DNA of 64,000 bases from Stegostoma tigrinum (Eukaryota): positions 3,700,497 through 3,764,496 of the forward strand of contig NC_081387.1 in NCBI RefSeq assembly GCF_030684315.1, given 5' to 3'. A program made the translations under genes and the position numbers. The notes under the pieces were generated by a model. The model made no database searches. It was not told the origin of the DNA and saw only the letters and a list, made by a program, of their open reading frames with translations. Shown in pieces: positions 1 to 11,829 of the stretch (position 1 is the stretch's first letter; the number at the start of each line of letters is the position of its first letter).

Positions 1-187
1 ACTAGGGCTGATAATTGTGTTAATTCCCTGTTACACACCTTCCATTAGAATTTTGTTTTCTTCCATGTTATGTTGTACCACAGATACACATTGTGAGTCA
101 AGAGATCATATTGAGCCTGTTGTTCCCTCCTCACTGCTTTGAATGCTGTTTTGTCGTCTTCTGATCCAAAGATCCACATTCCACACA

Positions 188-913
188 TGTTGTCAGTTTG
201 AAAACCTCCGAGGATGAAGAATGCTCGTGTATTCCCACACGAGAAATCTGTCAAACACTTACCGGGGAACTGAGACAGCAGTTGCAATAAGTGAGGTTTT
301 ATTCAGATGAGGACAATGGCAAGTTTAAAATCCCCAACTGATCTACTGCTCAAAGTCATCTCCATTTCACCGGTCATTTTCCCAAACTTCGGGAAACTCA
401 TGTTGCCGCAGAAATATTTGGATTGGCTGTGAGAGACGTCAATCAGAGAGCCCACCCACTCTGCCCATTCTCTCCGCTTCCTCTTCCAGAGCTGGTTCAC
501 TTCCTGTAGGGACTGAAAACCAAGTGAGGAGATGGTGAGTGAAGGAGCAGCTTTTATACAAATTGTATCCCATAATATCCACACCAGTCTTCAGGCAGTC
601 TGACTATCCTGTGGGTAATCAGGGGTGGAAATGCCCCTTATGCTGTGTGAGAAGATCCAGCTGAGAGAGCTGTTTACTCGGTGCTTTGTGCTGAACTGTT
701 TGACTGGAGCTGTGTGTTGGATATTGAGTGTGTTTATTGGAAACATTTCCCTTCTGATTTCCAGCCTGAGTTTTGTTGATGGCTCATTCCTGAATATGAG
801 AAGGTGAGGCGTAATTATCTGGGAGGTGCAGAGTGTCTGAGGATTCTTACTGACTTCCTGTTGTTGAGTTCTGTATGTGTGTGTTGGGTGCTGGTTATTA
901 TCCTGTGGGCTGT
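188..913 (+). promoter_or_regulatory. ZF-cluster promoter/first-exon module, copy 1 (upstream of ZF gene 1)
   Basis: Near-identical copies at 6949-7372(-), 15332-16061(-), 16657-17350(+), 35350-36233(+), 47078-47785(+). Contains GATTGGCTG (inverted CCAAT, 421-429), GACGTCA (CRE-like, 435-441), CCCACCC (451-457), CACTTCCT (ETS-like, ~498-505) and ATG|GTGAGT (ATG 532-534, donor 535). Promoter function is inferred from position and motifs. Confidence 0.7.
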
Positions 914-2051
914 GACTTACTCAGTTCATTGGACACAACGTTGTCTTGCAGGAGCGGCCGTGCTGAGGAAGTCTTCCCTCAATACACAGGAATAGGAGTT
1001 AGCCATTTAGTGTGTGGGGCATGTTCCACCGTTCCGTGAGATCATGGTACATTGTCACCTGACTCCATATTCCTGCCCTTCCCTATCCGTTTAACACTTG
1101 AAGAAGAAAAATCTCAACTTTAATATTAACCATTGATTTGGCATATGTTTCATTTGTTAAGTTTCAAACCTCTACAACTTTATTGCGGAGTAGGAATATT
1201 TGCATAGGACTATTCAGCAATTAGCTCAAGCCTGCTACAGCATATTCATTCATGTTAGCTGATCACCTCCCTCAATGCCATTTTCCAGTTGTGATGAAAT
1301 TGGTTTATAAAATTTCTCACATAACTTCTTGAAATTTGATTTCAAGCTTATGGCAAATGGATGGTTATTACTTTTGTAACAGGTTATTGAAAAAAAAGTC
1401 AGTCAATCCTTCCAGAAACATGATCGCACCCAATATGTATAACAGCAGGGAACTGCTGTACTGTTAATGGTAAGCTGTTGGTACTGTGAAGCATTTAGAA
1501 CCGAAAGCATAAACATTAAGAGCCATCAGTTTGTTTTTGACTTGGTAAAATCAGGGCTTAGGAAACCCAAATATTGAAGTTTTCAAGCAGTTTTGAAGAG
1601 ACTGGCTGAAGTACAGGGAATAAATTCCCTGACCAGAAAGTCAGTTTGATTAAATAACAGACAAGGAGTGGTTGGTTCAAAGCTTGCAGTTTTATGGGCA
1701 CTAAAGTAAGCAAAGTTCAGAAGAAAGAACTGAGAGAAGTCAGCTGAATTACATTAGAAGATTTGAGGCAGACCTCTCTGGATTTGGGTCTATAAAGTGA
1801 TAGTTTATGGAGTAAGTGAAAACTTTGTGTGTTTAAGATCTTTTAAACTGTGTGGTCTTTTTAGATTGTTTGGTATGGTTTGTTTTATAACTTTTCCAAT
1901 TATGTAATAAGCTTTAAACTGTTTTAGATAATAACATCATTAATAACTTTTACAGGTAAATATGGCCTTTGCCAGAACAACTTAAGCTCATTGTGAATTG
2001 ACAGCCCATTTTACACTCCACCTGACTGTGTCTTTTTAATTGCCTTCACAG

Positions 2052-2669
2052 TGGCTGGGAACACGGGGTCTGAGTGGTGGAAAGAAGGGAGTTACACTGT
2101 CTGTTCCTGGTCACTATCCACAGTCCCAGCTGGAACCGGACTGTGTGACAGTCAAGTGAGGAAAGAAGAAAGGGGAATAGCACTCACTATGGAACAGTTT
2201 CTTACTGAGGAGTCAGCCCCTTCAGAAAAGGAGTAGAGGGAATTGTAGGAAGTCATGTTTTCTTTTCCTGTTTTACAGAAGGATTGCACCGTTCTAACCA
2301 AAGAATACAGAGAGGATAGACACTTCAGATAGATGCTCGACCATCACAGAAGGAACAACTGTACAACTCTGGAAAGACATCCAGTCCCTTCACAGCATGA
2401 CAGTGAAACCGTCATCTGGAATTCGACCAGATCAGGGAGGTTTATCTTATCATCAGATCTGAAACTGGTCAGTGGTGTGGAGCCTTCCATCGGAATGAAC
2501 CTTTCTGAAGGTTCGGCTGTGGGTGATCAGTCAGGGTGAGACTGGGAAGAAGTGTGAGTGGCTCCAAGTGTGGTGAGAGCTTCTGTTATTCATCAAACAT
2601 CAAAGCGTCCTACAATTCTTTTAATACAAAATGCATTTGTTGTATATCTGTTAATGAAAGGACAACATC
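2052..2669 (+). other. Conserved 5'-leader module of ZF gene 1: candidate exon 2052-2155, then acceptor TTTTACAG (2271-2278) and a non-coding leader with decayed fingers
   Basis: Homologous blocks precede every ZF unit (~13970-14350 -, 17800-18550 +, 34090-34690 -, 36390-36930 +, 59090-59730 +). Polypyrimidine tract plus CAG. CAG|TGG...CAA|GTGAGG borders for the small exon. Confidence 0.6.
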
Positions 2670-3281
2670 ATGGAAGAGAAACGCTTCAAGTGTGAGGTTT
2701 GTGACAAAGCTTTTGTGAAATCTACTCATCTCCTGATACACCAGAGAATTCACACGGGGGAGAAACCATTCAGGTGTCAGGTATGTCAGGCAGCTTTCAC
2801 CCAATCCTCCCACCTCCTAACCCACCAGAGGTTTCACACAGGAGAAAAACCATTCACATGTCAGGTTTGTAATAAATCATTCTCACAGTCATCAGGTCTC
2901 CACACACATCAACGTGTTCACACAGGGGAGAAACCATACATGTGCAAAGTGTGTGACAAATCATTCTCAGTGTCATCTGCTCTCCGCAGGCACCAACAAA
3001 TTCACACAGGGGAAAAGCCATTTGTGTGCCAGATTTGTGATAAATCGTTCTCACGGTCAACCGGCCTCCGTGAACATCAACGCACTCACACAGGGGAGAC
3101 ACCGTATACTTGTGAGATGTGTGACAAATCATTTTCACGGTCAGGGAACCTCCGCACACACCAACGCAACCACACTCAGGAGAAACTGTTCAAGTGCAAG
3201 GTTTGTGACATATCATTTTCAACATCACTGAAACTCTGTGAACATCAATGTAGTGAAGAAATCAGGGGGGATATAATTTAA
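2670..3281 (+). CDS. Poly-C2H2 zinc-finger protein (ZF gene 1): 6 complete fingers + 1 degenerate, no effector domain
   Basis: 203-aa ORF of C-x2-C-x12-H-x3-H repeats with TGEKP linkers; begins MEEKRF. Confidence 0.85.
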   Translation: MEEKRFKCEVCDKAFVKSTHLLIHQRIHTGEKPFRCQVCQAAFTQSSHLLTHQRFHTGEKPFTCQVCNKSFSQSSGLHTHQRVHTGEKPYMCKVCDKSFSVSSALRRHQQIHTGEKPFVCQICDKSFSRSTGLREHQRTHTGETPYTCEMCDKSFSRSGNLRTHQRNHTQEKLFKCKVCDISFSTSLKLCEHQCSEEIRGDII

Positions 3282-3349
3282 TTTCTGAGCTATGTGACAA
3301 ATCATTCTCAGGTTCATGAAACCTTCGTAAACATCAATGCATTCACACA

Positions 3350-4440
3350 AGATATACAAGAAAGGGAAGCAGATGTATGTCACCAACATGCTGTTGCGAG
3401 CTGTACTCTCTCCGAAGGAAGTTGATGCTGCTAGAGTATGGAACCTTCTAAAAGTATCCAGCACTGTATGACATGCTTTGAGATCATCAACCCAGCAGAG
3501 ACATTGAGTCTGACAACACAAACATTTTCCTCAGATAATGGAAACTATACAATGAAATGCAACTCTTCAAATGTTACAGCAAGTTGTGATGAAAAGATGG
3601 CCTGAAACCATCAAAGAAACCCCTCTGACTGAGTATTGGACAGGAGTGAAGTGATCACTCAAGGTGGTATATTAAGCAAAGGAAGCAGGGTCATTATTCC
3701 AAAGAGATGCTGAAGCACATCCCATACAAACCATTAAGGAATTAAGTCAAGTCCGAAGAAAGAAAGTGTCGTCATCTACTGACCAAACATGAGCAGTGAG
3801 ATGCAGGACCACATCAGCCAGTGCAGAACTTATAATGAACATCAAACTAAACAAGATAAAGAACTGCTCATGATTTGTGACATTCCTGGACAGCCTGTGG
3901 ATGAAGCTCGGAGTACAGCTCTTCACTGACACTGGAACTGATTTTCTTGTCACAGTTGGTGATTATTCAGGCAACAGGGAGTTATAGAGCAGCTGATGTT
4001 GGCAATAGTGAGACTGTAGACTATCTGAAAGCACATGACATTCCTGACAGTGTGATGAGTGACAATGTGACAGTCACCTCAGTTCATGAGTGAAGAATTC
4101 AGACACTTCACGGATTAGAAAATCCAGGACCACACATCATCTCCACACAACCCAAGTCAAATGGAAAGGCTGAGACCAAGGTGAAAATTGCCAAAGGATT
4201 GTCAAAAAATCCTCTTGATTCAGCACAGATGTCTACAGTGCAATCTGAGAGGAGGAAACACATTGCCTGAAGGAAGGGAAAGCTGTTTAGTCTGGTGACA
4301 AATGTCACAATGCATCCACAATACTCAATAAGTAAAAATCCATTGAGATCAGAGTATTGACAATGGTGACAGTGGCAGAATGGTTCTGTCACTCGAGAAC
4401 ATATTCTGGTGACAAGAGTATGATTCTCATGGTAGATGAT
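3350..4440 (+). mobile_element. Decayed Ty3/Gypsy pol fragment (RNase H C-terminus + integrase)
   Basis: Reads YKKGKQMYVTNMLLRA (cf. Y.PGK..VADALSR), then remnants such as GSRVIIPK, Y*PNMSSEMQDHISQC, DFLVTV and QSNGKAE, with frameshifts. Confidence 0.7.
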
Positions 4441-5439
4441 GAAATCTGAATTCAGTAAATATCTAGAATAAAGGAAAACTAATCTAAATGATAATCATGC
4501 AACGATTGTCATGAACTTCACACCCCCCCGCCCCCTGCCAACTAGTTCATTGACACATTTGCCATCCTTACCTGGTCTGTGTCAACCGCTGTTTCAGCAA
4601 TAAATTATGGACTAGCCAGGAACACCAAATCCCAATTGATTTTAAACAATGTAACACGATCAAAGTGCTAATTAGCTAAATTTCTTTTCAGCAGGACTGC
4701 CAAATTGTTGTTTGAATTGCATGTTGGGAGCTACTTGGAGTGCCAATATTCAATACACTCAACAAATGAGAGGTCACTTAGCTATTGGGGACCTGTGTTC
4801 TGAAACTGTCACCTCAATTGTCCTGCACTTGAACAATCAGATGCACCACTGTACCTGAAGACATCTCCTTCCACTTGGAGAAGCTGCTCCGTCGCACAGT
4901 TAGCTGACAAGGCAGGTCTGATTTCACTGACTGAGGAGCTGAATGACCATCAATCACAAAGGTCAACCATTTACCAACAAATTGGCAACAACAACACTCT
5001 CCAGAGAGGCAACATCACCTCAGGAACCAGCAGATGCCAGATGAACAGCCAACAATTCATTGGCATGCCTTAAGAAGACACAGTGCTTTAAAGATTATCG
5101 GAGTAACATTGTGCATAAACAGACAAAATTGAAATGGACTGAAGTTTTCTTTCTTGATCTGTAGTAATTTTCATGATAGAATATATATATGTGGATCATA
5201 TTGTAAATATTGTATATAATTTATTTTTCTTTCCATAAAAGTGACCTGTTTTGGTTATTCCCTTTGTATACTGTGGTTTGTCATGTTTATCTAATCTCTG
5301 ATGTACCATGCATTAAAGATTTTTGGCAGTATCCACTTTCCACACTACATGGAACAGTATCATGCTTCAAGGGACTTGCCCTTTTTTCTAGTTCTGTGAG
5401 TTCTCTCCACTTCAGACTGGGTGATTTCCCCTTGCATAG

Positions 5440-6060
5440 TTGTAGAGATATGCAACACGGAAAATGTCACCTCAATTGTACACACTGCAGGTGAACAATG
5501 AGATGCACCATTGTACCTGAAGACATCTACCTCTAGCTGTTCCTCCGCACAGTTAGCTGATGAGGCGGATCTGATTTCACTGGCTGAGGAACTGAATGAC
5601 CATCAGTCACAAAAGTCAACCATTCGTGCTGGCCAGATATCGTAAATTAATTTAGTTCCATTTGCCAGCATTTGGCCCACATCCCTCCAAACCCCTCCTA
5701 TTCAAATACTCATCCAGATACCTTTTAAATGTTGTAATTGTACCAACCCCCACCACTTTGGCAGCTCATTCAATATATATACCACCTCTGCATGAAATAG
5801 TTGTTCCTCAGGTTCCTTTTAAATCTTGCCCTCTCACCTTGAACTTCTAGTTTTGGACTTCCCTACCCTGGGAAAAAGACCTTGACTATTCGCCCTATCC
5901 ATGGCCCTTTTATTTATAAACTTCTGTAAGGTCATCCCTGAGCCTCTGACACGCCAGGGAAAATAGCCCCAGCCTATTCAGCCTTGCCTATAGCTCAAAC
6001 CCTCCAACGCTGGAAATATTCTTGTAAATCTTTTCTGAACTCTTTCGAGTTTAACAACAT
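5440..6060 (-). mobile_element. CR1 LINE 3' fragment
   Basis: Similar to the reverse complement of the CR1 ORF2 end/3'UTR seen elsewhere in the window (e.g. 57300-57845). Confidence 0.7.
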
Positions 6061-6450
6061 TATCATTGGGGATGTACACAAGGTCAGAATTAGAAGACAG
6101 TAGACATCATGTCAGATAGAGGTTGGAGGAGATTAGAGATGGAAAGAGTCGTAGGAGCTAGTGGAGGTTAGAAAGATAGAATTTTAAAATCAAGACATTA
6201 CTTGACCAGACATCAGTCAGTGACCACATGGGTGATACATGATATGAGACTTGCTGCAAATCAAGACACGCAGCAGAGTTTTGAATGCTGTCAAGTTGAC
6301 AGAGTTTGGTATATGGGAGAACAGCTGCAAGCAAGTGGAATAGTTGAGTTGAGAACAAAAAAAGATGCGAATGAGCTGAGATGAAGTGAATTTGGGCTAA
6401 ACATTTATAGCAGGGGAAATTGGCTGTCAGTGATTAGGATGGTTTCTCCA
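6060..6450 (-). mobile_element. L2-like LINE fragment
   Basis: Minus frame gives KLCQLDSIQNSAACL (L2 'LQ.IQN.AAR' motif). Confidence 0.5.
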
Positions 6451-6948
6451 CAAATAACTGAGCAGGTTGATGAGGGGTGCAAAAGGTGAGGACAAGTGAT
6501 ATGAAATAAAGCCTCCTTAACCAAAAGGTAAAGGCTTGCTTTCTCAATAATATACTATAAATAGACTCAATAACTGATTGAATACAATTGAAGGAATTCC
6601 ACACAAGATACAAGGCTTTATTTCTGTTGTAGGTTTTTCACTGCATGAAAGACATGCCAGATTAAATTCTAAAAGCAGACTGCCATTTACGGACGTGTCA
6701 AAATCTAGAAATCTCGGCAGCAGACGGAAGGACCAAAGGTTTTCCCTCAGAATTTAATAGGCTCCATGTCCCGTTCAGACCAGGTGATTCTTGTGCTTTA
6801 GGAATACTGTCTAATCTTGATCAAGTGTTCCCGAGCTTTGGGTTTTAGTCCAGTATTGTGAGTAAATGCAATCGAAAGGATAAAGAAAAAAGCAGTGCTG
6901 GAAACCTGAAATGAAAATGGAACAGATGCTGCAAAAGCTGAATTAATA

Positions 6949-7372
6949 ACCGAGTAAACAGCTCTCTCAGCTGGATCTTCTCACACAGCATAAGGGACAT
7001 TTCCACCCCTGATTACCCACAGGACAGTCAGACTGCCTGAAGACTGGTGTGGATATTATGGGATACAATTTGTATAAAAGCTGCTCCTTCACTCACCATC
7101 TCCTCACTTGGTTTTCAGTCCCTATAGGAAGTGAACCAGCTCTGGAAGAGGAAGAGGAGGGAATGGGCAGAGTGGGTGGGCTCTCTGATTGACGTCTCTC
7201 ACAGCCAATCCAAATATTTCTGCAGCGACATGAGTTTTCTGAAACTTGGGAAACTGACCAGTGAAATGGAGGTGACATTGAGCAGCAGATCAGGTGGGGA
7301 TTTAAACTTGTTATTGTCCCAACTGAATAAAACCTCACTTATTGCTGCTGCCTGTTAAGTGTTTGACAGAGA
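6949..7372 (-). promoter_or_regulatory. Orphan, truncated copy of the ZF promoter/first-exon module
   Basis: Reverse complement of ~245-681; keeps the CCAAT/CRE/ETS-like motifs and ATG|GTGAGT (7099-7091). No leader or ZF ORF follows on the minus strand. Confidence 0.7.
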
Positions 7373-9200
7373 AACTAGGAACAGGAGTTTGGCCCATTGA
7401 GCCCACTCACCATTTAACACAGGTCATATTCTTATTCCCCTACCCTTTGACACATTATCCACAATTTGTTTCTTGAAGATGATCAGTGACTTGGCATCCA
7501 TGATGTTCTGCAGTACAGAATTCCAAATGTCCAATACCCTCTGAGTGAAGAAATGTCTTCTTATTTCAGATCGATATAGTTGACCACGTATCCTGAGATC
7601 ATGACCACATGTTCTGGCCACTCCTGGCCAAGGGGAAACATCGTCCCTGTATCCAGTCTCTCCTACAGAAAATTATACATTTCAATGAGATCTCCTTTCC
7701 TCCTGAACTTCCGTGAATACTGCAGAGGGATATAGATAGGTTAGGTGAGCGGGCAGGGGTCTGGCAGATGGAGTACAATGTTGGTAAATGTGGGGTCATC
7801 CATTTTGGTTGGAATAACAGTAAAATGAACTGTTATTTAAATGGTGAAAAACTGCAGCATGCTGAGGGACCTGTATGTCCTTGTGCATGAATCCCAATAA
7901 GTTAGTTTGCAGGTGCAGCAGGTAATTAAGAAGGCAAATGGAATATTATCCTTCGATGCTAGAGGGATGAGTTTACAAATATGGTTATGCTGCAGCTGTG
8001 TAGGATGAGGAGGCCACACGTGGAATACTGTAATGTGTATCGTTTAGGTCTCATTATTTGAGAAAGGATGTAGAGGCAGTGAATTCAGTTCAGAGGAGAT
8101 TCACCAGATTGATTCCAGGGATGAAAGGGCTGTTGTACGAGGAGCAGTTGAATAGCTTGAGCTTGTGCTCACTGGAGTTCAGAAGATTGAGGGGAGGGGG
8201 GTCTGATATAAAATGCTAAAAAGATACTGATGAAATGGACTTTTAATAGATGTTCCCCCTTGTGGAACAGTCTCAAACAAGGGATCAGATACCGAGCGAG
8301 AGGTGTGAGGTTCAAAACTGAGATGTGGGAAATTATCTCTCTCAGAGGGTTGTGAATCTGTGGAACTCACTGTCCCAGACTACAGTGGAGGAAAAATCAA
8401 TCAATAATTCAAGAAAGAAATAGATTTAATTCTAATGGATATTGGGATAAAGGGCTTTGAGGAACAAAGCAGGAAAGTGGTATTGAGACAAGCAATGATC
8501 CTGTTAAATGGTGGAGCAAGGGTCAAAGGACTAAATTACCTACTCACTCTCCCAATTCCTATATTTCTAACAAGGACCATAATCTCTGGCTGTTCTCTCA
8601 CCACCTTCAGAATATTCTGAAACCACTTAGTGAGATCCTTGACCCTGGCTTCAGGGAGGCAACATACCATCCTGGTGTTATGTCTGTGGCCATAGAATAA
8701 TCTATCAGTTCCCCTTGCAATAGAATCCCTGATCACTATGGCTGTTCCACTCTTCTCCCCACTTCCCGCACTCCTGTTGCCATGATTTTGCTCACTGCAC
8801 TCTCCTGACAAACCATCTCCTTTAGCAGTGTGCAAAATGTAAATTCTCTTAGAGAAGGAGATGAGCCCCTAGTATTCCTGTATGACCTGCCTTGTTTTTT
8901 TAAACTGTCTGGTGGTCACCCAATTCCTTTCTGCCCATGGACTGTTTACCCGCAGCATGACCTCCTCACTTTACATGCTATCAAAGATATCAGCCTTGCA
9001 GAGACTCCACACTGGCCCCACACATGGTTCCAAATCTGATACACGGATTCCAGTAGTTGCAACTAGGGTCACTTCCTCCACAAGGCGTCATCCTGTACGC
9101 TGAATATATCTCTGATTCCCCATGTTGCACAGAAATTGCTGCTATGAGACGACTTATCCTTAAATTACTCTTCTTCCATTTACTTCCTCAAACTTAGTTA
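7373..9200. mobile_element. Cluster of CR1 fragments: 3' end (-, ~7375-7710), ORF2 C-terminus (+, ~7715-8550), ORF1 esterase region (-, ~8550-9200)
   Basis: Motifs RTCGHDLRIRG...RRHFFTQRVLDIWNS; LQRDIDRLGERAGVWQMEYNVGKC; AIVIRDSIARGTDR...MVCCLPEARVKD. Confidence 0.8.
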
Positions 9201-11432
9201 TTAAATATTTAGCATGTACTTTACTCCATTCCTGTGAATTGAAACACTCTTCATCTAAAGACCAGTTTTTACTCAACCTGTCCAGTGGTATTACACTTCT
9301 GGATAACTGGGACTTAAATCTGGGCCTTCTAGCTCAGAGTGAGAGATATTTCCACTGCACCACAGGAGCCTTTCCAGTTTTTACTTTGGCCAGTATTAAT
9401 ATTCACCTCACTCAATAAAGTTATCACTCATCCTGGGCTGGCTCCCAGTCCCACTTAATGAGCTCATGTTTTCTTTGCAATGCCACTTTTGAATATTTCC
9501 AAAACTCACCTCTAATGCACAGCTTTTCAACTCCTGCCCTTCTTGGGGTTGTTTTGCAGTGACTTGACACTTATTATCTATCCTGAAAATTTTCTCCACT
9601 CTATCATGCTGAGTTTTTGGTTCTGCACTCTCCACTACACTCTTGTGGTGCTGCACTGTCAGAGGAACCATCCTCCAGATGAGTTAAACTAAAGCCCTGA
9701 AGTGAAAGCAAAAGATCCTATGACACTATGTCAGAGAAGAGCAGAGGACATATTGCTGTCTTCCTGGCCAAGATAGATTCCACAGTCAATTTTATAAAAC
9801 AGATCATCTAATCATGATCACAGTGTTGATTGTGGGAACTTGCTGTGCATAAATTAGCTGACACTTGTCTTGCTTTACTAAAAGTGACTCTGCTTCATTG
9901 GATATGAAGTGTGTTTTGTTTCCCTAGGTTTGTGGAGGTTGATGTGAGTCTTTCTTTCAGCATTCTGTTTCCTGTGAACTGGTAATTATAAGTCCATTGA
10001 CAGAGAAAATATCCCAACCGACAGTGACATTGGCCAATATGCAGTATACAGGAGACTTACTGTAGGATCCTCAGTATTTCAGTGAGTAGGAACCCATCAT
10101 GCTGACTACTCGTGGTTTGGTTTGTTAAAAATGAATTTATTGTTATCTATAAATATATTCAGAAGTTTGATAAAACAACAAATGACACCACGTTGAGCTT
10201 ACACCAAACTTTGAATCAGCTAAAAGAACAATTCATTTAACAGTAACTTAAATTTGTTCGCAGAACACAAAATGAATTTTTGAGGAGTGTAAGGTGAACA
10301 TAACACCATTATTACAGCCATGTATGATGGATAGAGGAAGCTCAGGTCTGTACAGACTCAACCCTATGCCCTCTCCATACTCAGGATAGTGGTCCTCTCA
10401 GTCAGGACAGCACAGTATAAACATTCCCAATGGTATTAGTCAAACACCCAATACCTGAAGAGGATCCGTCTACAATTCATATTCCTGACTAAAGCAGGGT
10501 GTGATTCTACCCCATACCCACTCCTGACAGCTGGCTCACTTCACTAACACACAAATGTTCAAAATACACAGGGACCATGCTGGTTCTGCCCCAAAAAATC
10601 ATCAATTATCCCTGAAAATCCCCTGACTGAAGCAGCCATTCCTGCCCCACAAACACACAATGGACAGGCTACTCCTCCAATCAAAAGCTTAAACTATCCT
10701 GTGCTTGCTTCTGATAGGTTCACTCATAAGGACACATGCTGGGAGGAGAGAAGGATTCTGCAAGGGAGAAGGAGGGAGGGGGATAACAAGAGTGACGAAA
10801 GGAAAGGAAGGCTGCATGAGTGGAGAAAGGGGAAGGGATGATGCAACTGCACGGAAGGGAGTGGGCTGCAAGGTTGGGAAGTGACAGTGAGACTGCAACG
10901 GGAAAGCAGAACTATGAGCTCCCTACGCCATTAGACTACAACAGTTCAAGAGGTGGTTCCCCACCACATTCTCAAGGGAAATTGGGGAAGGACATTAAGT
11001 TCTGGCCTTCCTGGCAATGCACACTTTCCCTAAAATAACAATAAAGTGTAAAACCTATCGACGGAATAACACTCTATTAACTAGAATTAGGAGAAGTTGG
11101 AATACCTGAGATAATGAATTACATGTAAATGAATGTGAAATCTCTAGTTTAAGACTGCATTTGTTCAATGAATATAATTTCAATTATTAAATTCAAATCT
11201 CAGATGCAGTAAACAGGGTACTAACTACCCGAATAAAGTATTCAGATGTTGTGCATTTGTGGTGGAAATACATTAACTGTATGTCAGTGTATTTAAGATG
11301 TCATCACTATATGTCAATTATTCTGAGAAAAGCCCTGTTGAGAAAATAGACTTATTGAGCCAATTTGAATACGGTAGCATTGATGAAATTAAGCATTCTT
11401 CTCAGATGAATTATTAGAAGAATTAGAATTCT

Positions 11433-11530
11433 CGAAATGAAGGGTCTAGGCCCGAAATGTCAGCCTTCCCTGCTCCTCTGATGCTGCCTGGCCTGCTGTG
11501 TTCATCCAGCTCCACACTTTGTTATCTAGA
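11433..11530 (+). repeat. Penelope-type terminal fragment with degenerate hammerhead motif
   Basis: ATGAAGGGTCTAGGCCCGAAATGTCAGC...GCCTGCTGTGTTCATCCAGCTCC matches 27270-27356. Confidence 0.7.
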
Positions 11531-11829
11531 ACTCTTCTAATACTGCTTCCATCTGAGTCCAAATACCTTTTATGTCAACACAAATACAAGAGGTAACTAC
11601 TTAAGTCAATCACAATAAATGAGTTTATGAGAATGAAAAAGTAGCCTCTGAAAATCCAAAAGTCATCCCCAGAGGAGTCCAAAAGAAATCACATTGCGCT
11701 CTGGTCTGCACTGGTTTTGTTGTCACTAGTTGTTTGATGGAAGTGAAAGCTGCTTCTTGTTCTGTATCCCAGTCCCACTGAACACCCAGCACTGTGAGGC
11801 TGTGTACTGGTTCACATTCTTGAAGACAG

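Noticed and set aside
2333-2539. Leader ORF (..HPVPSQH...SSDLKLVSGVEPSI...GDQSG*) seen in units 1, 3 and 4 as a possible novel effector domain
   Set aside because: It always stops before the ZF frame, is frameshifted in gene 5 and partly deleted in gene 2, the two longest intact genes. At most vestigial.
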